Assembly: GCA_038044525.1 (NCBI GenBank)
Contig: JBBSZV010000001.1
Span: forward strand, 1-40,953
Length of the DNA stretch: 40,953 nucleotides
Direction: 5' to 3'
Source of the DNA: Nanobdellota archaeon
GTDB taxonomy: Archaea > Nanobdellota > Nanobdellia > Woesearchaeales > GW2011-AR9
In this document: piece by piece, positions 1 to 7,446 of the stretch
Layout: every line of letters starts with the position of its first letter
How positions within the stretch are numbered: the stretch's first letter is position 1
Program-made: the position numbers and the translations under genes
The notes under the pieces: model-generated
Told to the model about the DNA's origin: nothing
Seen by the model: only the letters and a program-made list of their open reading frames with translations
Database searches by the model: none

Positions 1-39
1 TTAACAACCCATACACGTTTTTTAAAATTAAGTTTATAC

Positions 40-64
40 ATATAACCTCACCAAGAGGTTATAT
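40..64. other. Perfect 10-bp stem hairpin (ATATAACCTC-accaa-GAGGTTATAT) about 110 nt downstream of pelota; possible terminator or structured element
   Basis: Inverted repeat read directly at 40-49 / 55-64. Confidence 0.3.
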
Positions 65-171
65 TAGATGTAAACTAAAAACGTGATACTACAGTTTTAC
101 AAAATATAGGCTTCATATTTTGGATGGATTTTCGCAGGAAAAACTTAAAACCTTAAACAGATGGGTTTATC

Positions 172-1221
172 TCACGAAAATTTCTTGTAACGCAGTATCG
201 CAGCGATCCCACCGAGGCCGTTTAATTTTTTGCCCGATTCACCTTTGGAAGCGATGATGTGGATTTCTCCCTGCAAAGAATCGACGGTTTTCATGCAGGA
301 ATCGACTTCCACAAACTCTCCGCTAGTTCTTTTCTGCTGGATAAAGTCATCTGTAAGCAGGAGTTTAAGCACCGCGCCGCTCTGCGCTGCATCCCTCACT
401 TCTGTCCAGCCGTAGGCTGCCTTTTCATTTTTGCTGATCTCTTTGAGCAGTTCTTCCGTCAGTAATTGTTCCTGACGCGCCCGGCTGTGCTTAAGCACTT
501 CTGCCAGTTCAGGACGGCGCATGACTTCATCTAAGGAACGTTCGCTGATATCTGAGCAGACCGCCAAAACAAGTTTCTTCTTGAAATCTGAAGCTGGTAT
601 TTTCTTATACAGGTCTTCTTTGTAAAATGCGGGGGAAGCAAGGATGATATTACTGGGATGATAACGCTCATGGTAAGCTTCAAGTATCTTGATTATTTCT
701 TCTTGGAAGTCTTTTTTTACTTCTACGATTTTAGATTTCTTCTGCACTTCACCACTTAATGTGGTCAGGATTTCATAACCAAACTTCTTGCTTAATGCAA
801 ATAAAGCTTCTTCCCGGTCAAATAAGCAGAGCAGGTATTCATATCTTTTTTCACAGGCTTCCTGAAGTTTTTGTTTCTGATATTCCAGCCACCGTTCTTT
901 TACGATGGTGAATTCTGAGCCCTCTTCCAAAGCGATCGATTGATAGCTGTCTTTAGGCACCTCTTCAGTCCCTTCCTTGACTTTTCCGTTGATCCTGAGC
1001 GAAATCTCGGTCAATTCCACCGTTTCCGCGGCGATGGTGAGCGCAAGCGTCTTTTTAACTGATTTGGCGTTCTCTCCTTCACCTATCTTGATTTTTCGGG
1101 TAGTTTTGCCTTTAATTATGTCTCCCCGGTCGATTAGCTGGCTTAAATACCAGAGATCGTCTTTGTCATTGACCTTGAGTTTCGCAAATCCTTTCTTGAA
1201 ATCGGAAGTTATGAACTGCAT
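172..1221 (-). CDS. pelA: Pelota (Dom34-like ribosome rescue / mRNA surveillance factor)
   Basis: 349-aa ORF with ATG at 1219-1221. N-terminus MQFITSDFKKGFAKLKVNDKDDLWYLSQLI and eRF1-like central/C-terminal regions are typical of archaeal Pelota. Confidence 0.85.
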   Translation of the reverse strand: MQFITSDFKKGFAKLKVNDKDDLWYLSQLIDRGDIIKGKTTRKIKIGEGENAKSVKKTLALTIAAETVELTEISLRINGKVKEGTEEVPKDSYQSIALEEGSEFTIVKERWLEYQKQKLQEACEKRYEYLLCLFDREEALFALSKKFGYEILTTLSGEVQKKSKIVEVKKDFQEEIIKILEAYHERYHPSNIILASPAFYKEDLYKKIPASDFKKKLVLAVCSDISERSLDEVMRRPELAEVLKHSRARQEQLLTEELLKEISKNEKAAYGWTEVRDAAQSGAVLKLLLTDDFIQQKRTSGEFVEVDSCMKTVDSLQGEIHIIASKGESGKKLNGLGGIAAILRYKKFS

Positions 1222-1242
1222 TGTATGTTGGGGAACAAGAAA

Positions 1243-1255
1243 TTTTATATATTTA
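1243..1255. promoter_or_regulatory. TATA-like box TTTTATATATTTA between divergent genes
   Basis: Lies about 26 nt upstream of ATG 1275 (+) and about 28 nt upstream of ATG 1221 (-). The intergenic region is only 53 nt. Confidence 0.35.
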
Positions 1256-1274
1256 TTGGCGTTTGATGGTTTAA

Positions 1275-1715
1275 ATGACTTTAGAAGGGCTGGTTTTTGA
1301 TGCTGAAGGCGGCGTTAAGGTAGAACTTAAGCTGGAATTAGTGGTTGACAGCGATTTTGGTTCCTTTTTAGCTTCTGTTCCAGTCAAAGTAACCTATCAA
1401 GGAAAAATTAGAGAGGGTTATCTAACCTACGATAAAGGTAAAAAGATTTTCATCACCGCTTTGACTGATTTCTTCCATGAAGCTACATCTTATAATCACC
1501 AGCACGTGCTTGAAATAGCCAAGACCTATACAGATCTGCTGGCCGATGGACGAGTAAAAGTAAAGGAAGAGTTCCGCGACCATGAAAGCGGCCAAGTGAA
1601 TGAAGTTAAGACCTACGAAACTTATCACCGTTATAGGGTGGAAGTTGCCAAACGCGAATTAGTGGAACTTCAAAGAGGGGAAAAATTGGATAAGCTATTA
1701 AAAATTTCTTCTTAA
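1275..1715 (+). CDS. Hypothetical protein (146 aa), family not recognised
   Basis: ATG-initiated ORF with a TATA-like box upstream and no long competing ORF. Confidence 0.5.
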   Translation: MTLEGLVFDAEGGVKVELKLELVVDSDFGSFLASVPVKVTYQGKIREGYLTYDKGKKIFITALTDFFHEATSYNHQHVLEIAKTYTDLLADGRVKVKEEFRDHESGQVNEVKTYETYHRYRVEVAKRELVELQRGEKLDKLLKISS

Positions 1716-1735
1716 TTACCCTCGTCACCCCCACA

Positions 1736-1749
1736 ATATTTAAATATAA
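1736..1749 (+). promoter_or_regulatory. TATA-like box ATATTTAAATATAA
   Basis: About 28 nt upstream of ATG 1771. Confidence 0.35.
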
Positions 1750-1770
1750 CAAATGTTTGCAGCATAGTTG

Positions 1771-2952
1771 ATGTTTAGAACAAAAAAAGGGCAGTCGGCA
1801 GCCGGCGCAGCAGTCCTTATAGCTATTATTGCCGCTTTGATAATTTTCTTCGTGATCCTGATACCGCAAGAAGAACGGGAAAAACTTCTTGAAGAAGAGG
1901 CTGACACCATTCCTTCAGTTCCGGGAGTTAATGAAAAAAATTTACTTACCGCATCTCCCGGTCGGATAGATTATCTGACCCAGAAAGAAGTGGAACATCC
2001 GCTCCCGGTAGTCAATATCTATACTCAGACTGAAGCTAAAATCTTAGCGGAAAAGAATGTCGCTTACGCCAAAAAAGGCGTTTTCTCAGAAAAGACTGAC
2101 ACTCTGACCGTGATGATCCCCGATCTGCAGCATACCGAAAATGTTCTGTTAAGCTTGGGCGTAGAAGGGGCTGAAGGCAAGCTCATCGTCTTATTCAATG
2201 GTGAAGAAGTATTTAACGCTGAAGTTTCGGTCGGCAGTTTAGCTCCGGTTTCCATCCCCAAAAACCTTCTTCAGGAAGAAAACCAGGTAACATTTACGGT
2301 TTCCTCTCCCGGATTGTCTTTCTGGAGCACCAACGAAGTCACGCTGCGGAAAATACAGGTGGTCGCGGATGTCACCAGCGTGGAAGCGCAGTATTCTAAG
2401 AATGTGTTTTTAGTTTCTGAAGTGGAAAAGAAAAATCTGGAAAAAGTTGTCTTGAAGTTCCAGCCGGGATGCCAGATAGACGAAGTCGGTACCTTAAGCA
2501 TATTGATCAACGGCAAGATCATCTATTCCGGCGTGCCGGATTGCGATTTGATGACTGTGCCTCTTGAATTTTCTCCCGAAACCCTGAATCAGGGAGAGAA
2601 TGAGATCATATTTAAGACTGAAAAGGGAGCTTACTTATTGACCCGCGCCGTGATCGAATCGGAATTGAAGGAGATCGATTTCCCTTCTTATTACTTTGAA
2701 CTGTCTTATGAAGAATACCGAAAAGTGGTGGAAGGCGATAACCGGGTGAAGATAACTTTAGATTTTGTGGATGTGGTAGCCCTTAAAATAGGAGATATCG
2801 TATTTAACGGACACTCCAGATATTTTGACACCAGAGAGGTTTCTTACGTCCTGGATGTAAGCGATGAGGTAGTTCAGGGAGCTAACTCCCTGAAGATCAA
2901 GCCGCGGAAGACTTTAGAAGTGCGGGAATTAAGCGTGGATTTGGTAGAGTAA
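1771..2952 (+). CDS. Exported/surface protein with a class III (prepilin/archaellin-type) signal-peptide-like N-terminus
   Basis: ATG at 1771 (the track start at 1768 is TTG). N-terminus MFRTKKG|QSAAGAAVLIAIIAALIIFFVILI has a charged K-K-G-Q motif followed by a ~22-aa hydrophobic helix. Confidence 0.55.
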   Translation: MFRTKKGQSAAGAAVLIAIIAALIIFFVILIPQEEREKLLEEEADTIPSVPGVNEKNLLTASPGRIDYLTQKEVEHPLPVVNIYTQTEAKILAEKNVAYAKKGVFSEKTDTLTVMIPDLQHTENVLLSLGVEGAEGKLIVLFNGEEVFNAEVSVGSLAPVSIPKNLLQEENQVTFTVSSPGLSFWSTNEVTLRKIQVVADVTSVEAQYSKNVFLVSEVEKKNLEKVVLKFQPGCQIDEVGTLSILINGKIIYSGVPDCDLMTVPLEFSPETLNQGENEIIFKTEKGAYLLTRAVIESELKEIDFPSYYFELSYEEYRKVVEGDNRVKITLDFVDVVALKIGDIVFNGHSRYFDTREVSYVLDVSDEVVQGANSLKIKPRKTLEVRELSVDLVE

Positions 2953-3005
2953 GGGATAAATAATTTTGAAGTATTATAGAAAACTGCTTTTTAGGAACCG
3001 AAATG

Positions 3006-3028
3006 TTTATGAATTATGAATTCATAAA
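3006..3028. promoter_or_regulatory. Palindrome TTTATGAATT-atg-AATTCATAAA, candidate operator overlapping a TATA-like element
   Basis: Perfect 10-bp arms read at 3006-3015 / 3019-3028, ending 9 nt upstream of ATG 3037. Confidence 0.4.
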
Positions 3029-3036
3029 GTAGAACT

Positions 3037-3198
3037 ATGCGGTTAATCAGGCAAAAGGGGAGAGAATACGAAGGTAAAGAATACTTCAAATATATCTTAG
3101 TTGTCCCTAATAAAGTAATTAAAAAGCTTGGTTGGAAAGGGGGAGAAGATTTAGAAGCGAATATTAAAGAAAAAAAATTAATCGTAAAAAAAGATTAA
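3037..3198 (+). CDS. SpoVT/AbrB-fold small DNA-binding protein (53 aa); candidate regulator of the adjacent R-M genes
   Basis: Hand-translated ORF, too short for the track: MRLIRQKGREYEGKEYFKYILVVPNKVIKKLGWKGGEDLEANIKEKKLIVKKD. The VVPNKVIKKLGWKGGEDLE...KLIV pattern is the AbrB/MazE swapped-hairpin signature. Its TAA stop lies 1 nt before the methylase ATG. Confidence 0.55.
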   Translation: MRLIRQKGREYEGKEYFKYILVVPNKVIKKLGWKGGEDLEANIKEKKLIVKKD

Positions 3199-3199
3199 G

Positions 3200-3967
3200 A
3201 TGGGAACCGAACATAAAATCATCCACGGGGACTGTTTGGAAGAATTACAAAAATTGCCGGACGAATCGGTAGATTTAATTTTTGCTGATCCACCGTATGG
3301 ATTAGCAAAAAAGAAAGGATTGGGCTGGAAGTATAGCAAACATGTAACTCTTCAAGAAACATGGGATATATTTGGTAAAGATGAATTTTTTGAATTTAAT
3401 CTTAAATGGATTGCTGAATGTTGGCGTGTCTTGAAACATGGGGGGAGTTTTTGGGTTTGTGGTTCTTTTCATAATATTTACCAATTAGGATTCATTTTAC
3501 AGCATATGGATGCTAAAATTAATAATAGTATTGTATGGTTTAAGCCTAATGCTCAACCGAACATAACTTGCCGAATGTTTACTGAAAGTTGTGAACATCT
3601 TATTTGGGCAGTTAAAAATAACTCTAAAACGAAGTGGACTTTTAATTATGAAGATACCAAACATAAAATAGATGATGAACTCAATCCAAAAGGAAAACAA
3701 ACGAGGAATGTATGGAACATTCCCCTAACCTCTAAAAGGGAAAAATGGGCGGGAGAACATCCAACTCAGAAACCAATAGAACTATTAAGACGTGTTATTT
3801 TGTCATCTAGTAAAGAAGGAGATTTAGTTTTGGATCCGTTTGTTGGTTCAGGTACAACTTCTGCCGTAGCTAAATCTTTAGGTAGAAATTCTATAGGAAT
3901 CGATAAAGACAAAAAATATTTGGAAATTGCCAAGAAGAGGTTAGCTCAGAATACTCTTAATCCGTAG
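3200..3967 (+). CDS. DNA methyltransferase, beta-class N6A/N4C family (N6_N4_Mtase); the DPPY motif favours m6A
   Basis: Motif IV FADPPYG lies near the N-terminus, followed by HPTQKP and then motif I LDPFVGSGTT near the C-terminus. Confidence 0.9.
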   Translation: MGTEHKIIHGDCLEELQKLPDESVDLIFADPPYGLAKKKGLGWKYSKHVTLQETWDIFGKDEFFEFNLKWIAECWRVLKHGGSFWVCGSFHNIYQLGFILQHMDAKINNSIVWFKPNAQPNITCRMFTESCEHLIWAVKNNSKTKWTFNYEDTKHKIDDELNPKGKQTRNVWNIPLTSKREKWAGEHPTQKPIELLRRVILSSSKEGDLVLDPFVGSGTTSAVAKSLGRNSIGIDKDKKYLEIAKKRLAQNTLNP

Positions 3968-4484
3968 GCTGTGGTAGTCCTAAAAAACTTAGAGGTAATT
4001 CTCCGAAAAAGTAGAAACAACCAACAGACTGAATATAATTTAAAGTATCTCTGTAGGACTTATTATTGAACCAATCATTAATGACATAACAATATTCCAC
4101 TTTTATGCCCGTTCCGTCTAAAAGCTTTTGGTATTGTTTTTTCTTAAAATCACAAGTTTGTAGCTTTTCATCCACACTTCCAGCTACTCCCTGAAACTTC
4201 ATCTCAATAATGAATAATGTATTATTTGCCAAAACAAAGACCGTTTCGTCAGGCAATAACTGTTTTGAAATCTTTTCCTTCCAATCAATATTATGCTTTG
4301 GTAAAAACCCCTTATAGAGATCATGCTTTTTAAATAATTGAGCTACTTTCTTGCCTTTAAAAAGCAAGTCGTTGTCATCGGTGGAATAACCATTCATCTT
4401 CTCAAAAACAGAACGCAAATCTACTCTACTTTCAAATTTAAGTCCAGATTGGGTTTTTGCCCCACCTTTTCCGCCCCTTATCAT
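3957..4484 (-). CDS. Putative type II restriction endonuclease, PD-(D/E)XK fold
   Basis: 175-aa ORF convergent with the methylase and overlapping it by 11 nt. It carries LPDETVFVLANNTLFIIEMKFQ (PD...ExK). The specific family was not recognised. Confidence 0.55.
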   Translation of the reverse strand: MIRGGKGGAKTQSGLKFESRVDLRSVFEKMNGYSTDDNDLLFKGKKVAQLFKKHDLYKGFLPKHNIDWKEKISKQLLPDETVFVLANNTLFIIEMKFQGVAGSVDEKLQTCDFKKKQYQKLLDGTGIKVEYCYVINDWFNNKSYRDTLNYIQSVGCFYFFGELPLSFLGLPQPTD

Positions 4485-4493
4485 ATCAATAGA

Positions 4494-4507
4494 AAAAGTA
4501 TACTTTT
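4494..4507. promoter_or_regulatory. 14-bp perfect palindrome AAAAGTATACTTTT between a TATA-like box (4508-4518) and the endonuclease ATG
   Basis: Read directly; it lies 10-23 nt upstream of ATG 4484 on the minus strand. Confidence 0.35.
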
Positions 4508-4601
4508 CTATATAAAACTAACTGGCGTTAAGCGTATAGTTCAAATTCCCAGTAACATTTTTATATGCAGAAAGATTAGTATTCCTCAAAAAAGAGGAAT
4601 T

Positions 4602-6473
4602 ATGGCAGATAAATCTACGTTGCATTCCCTGAAAAAATTTATTATGGCTGACCGGCTGGGCCGGATAGGCAGGTTCCAATACCAGCCGGAAGCTCAAAGG
4701 CAGGAAGACAAAGAAAGAGAACCGGATAAAGAAAGAAAAGGATCGAAAAAAGAATCTGCCGGAGAAAAGGGATTTTCGGGCAATTTTTTTGCCGGTTTAA
4801 GAGATTATCCATCATCTTCTCCTGCCAGTAACGCTGGCAGTAAAGTTCCCGCATCCATCGGAGTATATCTGGCTTTGATGATCGTCGCTATCATCGGGCT
4901 GTTTCTTAAGAATTGGATCTCTTACAGTCCCGCTGCGTCTTTGTTCATAAGCATCTTGATATTTATTTTCTTTTTCGTGGCCATACATTACACTCCTGAA
5001 GCGGCATTGAAGAAAACCTTGGTGATTATTACTTTTGTCCTGAATTTATTCATGCAGTTCATGCTGGGTCTGTTTCCCGAATCAGAATTTAAATCGGCGG
5101 CGATCACTTATTACGTCTTCGCCTGGATAGCCCTTTCTTTAGTATTGTTTTTGATGGGAGTATTTGACGCGCTGGGCGCGGGACAGCGTCTGCCCTGGTG
5201 GGCTTGGCTGCTGACTGCATTTTTACTGGGTTACCTCTTGATATACATATTGTTTCCTTTCTTGGCCCAGAGCCCGTTATTGTATCAGGATAAGACGCAC
5301 TCTGATTATTTCAACATCGCCAAGGAATATCTTTTATCCACCGCCAAGAGCATCCAGGAGACGAAGAACACCGCGATCGACTATATGGGCTGCACGTTCA
5401 GCGCGACTGCGACGCCTTACCAAACCTGTCTAGAGAACCAGCGCATCAAACGTTATTGTAACGCTAATTTTAAGACTGCTGCGGAACAGAAGGATTGCAC
5501 TATCAAACAAAAAGAGATTCTCCGGCAGGGAGAACGCCCCGGTGTGGCCGGAAGCGTCAGCGATGCCATCGAGAAAGTGACTGAAGTGACCCTGAAAACT
5601 GATGAATATTTCCCTAAGGAGACTACCAATGCGCAGCAGTCTTATCCGATAACTTTAGATGTCAAAAATCCCCGGGAGCAGGCATTTACCGTAAGAATAG
5701 ATTGCGTCTTCAAGCAGGCTAAACAAAGCATACCCGGAAAAATATCCATCTTGGGTTTGGAAACGTCCGAAATACAGATTACGGAAACTGAAAAACAAGT
5801 CCGTCTGGAATGCCAGCCGGCCGCTGATCTGAAGGGAAAATATACTTTAGAATTTAATGCCGTGCTGTCCGGATTGCAGACATTTTCTTTTCTGAAACGG
5901 GCTTTTATCAGCGGAGAAGTTGATCCTGCGTTACGGAAACTGATCGAAACAGACAATTTTAAATCAGGGGAACGTTCCTCACTCGGCCCGGAAGAGTTCG
6001 CTCTGCTGAATTTTAAATTCGGAACCGGCAGCGGGACGGAACCTTTAGTGTTGGTAGAAGAACCAGTGATCTTTTCTTTCTCGGTCAAAGACATCGGCGA
6101 CGGAAAAGTTTTAAAAGTGAACAGCTATGATTTCCACGGATTGTTTGAACGCGGATTCAGCGTGGATGAGGAACGCATCGGTGATGCCGACTGCTTGTCC
6201 GGCGGTGAAATCATGGTAATAGAAGACCAGACCAAGAAGCGGGAACCCAGCGAATTGAAAAGATGTTTCCTGAACCTGCCGCCGGACTTAAAAGAGTTAG
6301 CCGGCAATTCATTTGAAGTGGAGACTTTTGTCGCAGGGATGAATTATGATTATAAGATCACTAAATCCATCCCTTCACTGGAAGTAACTCCAATAGAGCC
6401 TGTTGAAGCCGCTCCGGCAGAGCTTGTAGAGGCCGTCCCGGCCGAAAACCCCCCGACGGAGGCCGCTTCATGA
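4602..6473 (+). CDS. Polytopic membrane protein with a large Cys-containing, CARDB-like beta-sandwich ectodomain
   Basis: ATG 4602 is preferred: AAGAGG lies upstream, and the track start at 4338 overlaps the endonuclease on the opposite strand. About 6 hydrophobic helices are followed by motifs shared with the 6470, 38411 and 39421 ORFs (KDIGDGKV, NYDYKI). Confidence 0.6.
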   Translation: MADKSTLHSLKKFIMADRLGRIGRFQYQPEAQRQEDKEREPDKERKGSKKESAGEKGFSGNFFAGLRDYPSSSPASNAGSKVPASIGVYLALMIVAIIGLFLKNWISYSPAASLFISILIFIFFFVAIHYTPEAALKKTLVIITFVLNLFMQFMLGLFPESEFKSAAITYYVFAWIALSLVLFLMGVFDALGAGQRLPWWAWLLTAFLLGYLLIYILFPFLAQSPLLYQDKTHSDYFNIAKEYLLSTAKSIQETKNTAIDYMGCTFSATATPYQTCLENQRIKRYCNANFKTAAEQKDCTIKQKEILRQGERPGVAGSVSDAIEKVTEVTLKTDEYFPKETTNAQQSYPITLDVKNPREQAFTVRIDCVFKQAKQSIPGKISILGLETSEIQITETEKQVRLECQPAADLKGKYTLEFNAVLSGLQTFSFLKRAFISGEVDPALRKLIETDNFKSGERSSLGPEEFALLNFKFGTGSGTEPLVLVEEPVIFSFSVKDIGDGKVLKVNSYDFHGLFERGFSVDEERIGDADCLSGGEIMVIEDQTKKREPSELKRCFLNLPPDLKELAGNSFEVETFVAGMNYDYKITKSIPSLEVTPIEPVEAAPAELVEAVPAENPPTEAAS

Positions 6474-7321
6474 AAAAAATAGCGATGACCTTATTATTGA
6501 TTTTTTCACTTTTGCTTTTTTCCTGCGCTAAAACTCCTGAACGCGGCGCCGATATCAACTATAAGCAGGGATTTCCGGACCTTTCCATAGAATATCTGGG
6601 AAACGCTCAGGAATACCAATCCCGGTCTTTTGATCTGCCGGTCTTGATCCACAATAATCTGGCTTACGATATAGAAAATGTAGCTGTTACCATCCTTGGC
6701 TTTGATAAACACTATGTGGAATTGTTTTCAACTCAGGAGAACATCGAATCTTTAGAAGGAAAGAGCATTTTCAATGATGGGGGCGGAAAGGAAGAATTGC
6801 TGTTTAACGGACAGTTAGGGTCGCTGCTTCCGGGAGCAAGAAAGGAAGCGCAAAACTATCGCATCTACGCCCGATATGATTCCAAGGTCGAATTCACGCC
6901 CAGCATCTGCGTTACCGGGCAATTGACCGGTTATGATACTTTTGCCGGCGGATGCCAATTCCAGCCGGAAGTCACATTTAAAGGGCAGGGCGCTCCGCTG
7001 GGCGTGACCAGGCTGCAGATCATCCCCCGCCAGGGAAGAGCTGTCGAATTACGGATGCTTATCGAAAATAAAGGGAAAGGGACTGTCGGAAGCGTCTCTT
7101 TAGGCGCTGCTGCGTTGGGCGGAAAACCGATGAGCTGCGAATTCCGGGGAACGGAACCGCAGGAAACCAGTTTATTCTCCTTTGAATCTGAGCAGAAAAA
7201 TGTGGATCTGCTTTGCACCGGATTCCTTTCCGGTGAAAACCCTTATCATACTGCCCTGTTGGTGGAACTATTTTATGATTACGAAATAAATGTCCAGCAG
7301 ACCTTGACTATATTGGAATAA
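6470..7321 (+). CDS. Exported lipobox protein, two-domain CARDB-like family
   Basis: Signal peptide MKKIAMTLLLIFSLLLFSC. Its ATG overlaps the upstream stop (ATGA). Family motifs are ENKGKGTV and LFYDYEI. Confidence 0.6.
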   Translation: MKKIAMTLLLIFSLLLFSCAKTPERGADINYKQGFPDLSIEYLGNAQEYQSRSFDLPVLIHNNLAYDIENVAVTILGFDKHYVELFSTQENIESLEGKSIFNDGGGKEELLFNGQLGSLLPGARKEAQNYRIYARYDSKVEFTPSICVTGQLTGYDTFAGGCQFQPEVTFKGQGAPLGVTRLQIIPRQGRAVELRMLIENKGKGTVGSVSLGAAALGGKPMSCEFRGTEPQETSLFSFESEQKNVDLLCTGFLSGENPYHTALLVELFYDYEINVQQTLTILE

Positions 7322-7373
7322 TTTCTTAAGTCGCTGCCGCACTAAACTCATGGTCAAGACGACCGGCTAATAA

Positions 7374-7405
7374 CTTAAGCTTCTTGAACTTCTTAAGCTT
7401 CTTGA
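7374..7405. repeat. Two perfect 14-bp direct repeats CTTAAGCTTCTTGA spaced 18 nt apart
   Basis: Read at 7374-7387 and 7392-7405, upstream of the gpsA TATA-like region. Confidence 0.5.
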
Positions 7406-7446
7406 GCTTCACAAATCATTTAAATAACTTCTTTTATAGCTTACGC

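Noticed and set aside
4338-4601. N-terminal 88 codons of the 711-aa track ORF
   Set aside because: This part overlaps the endonuclease gene on the opposite strand and its promoter. It has no membrane-protein character. ATG 4602, with AAGAGG upstream, is a far better start.
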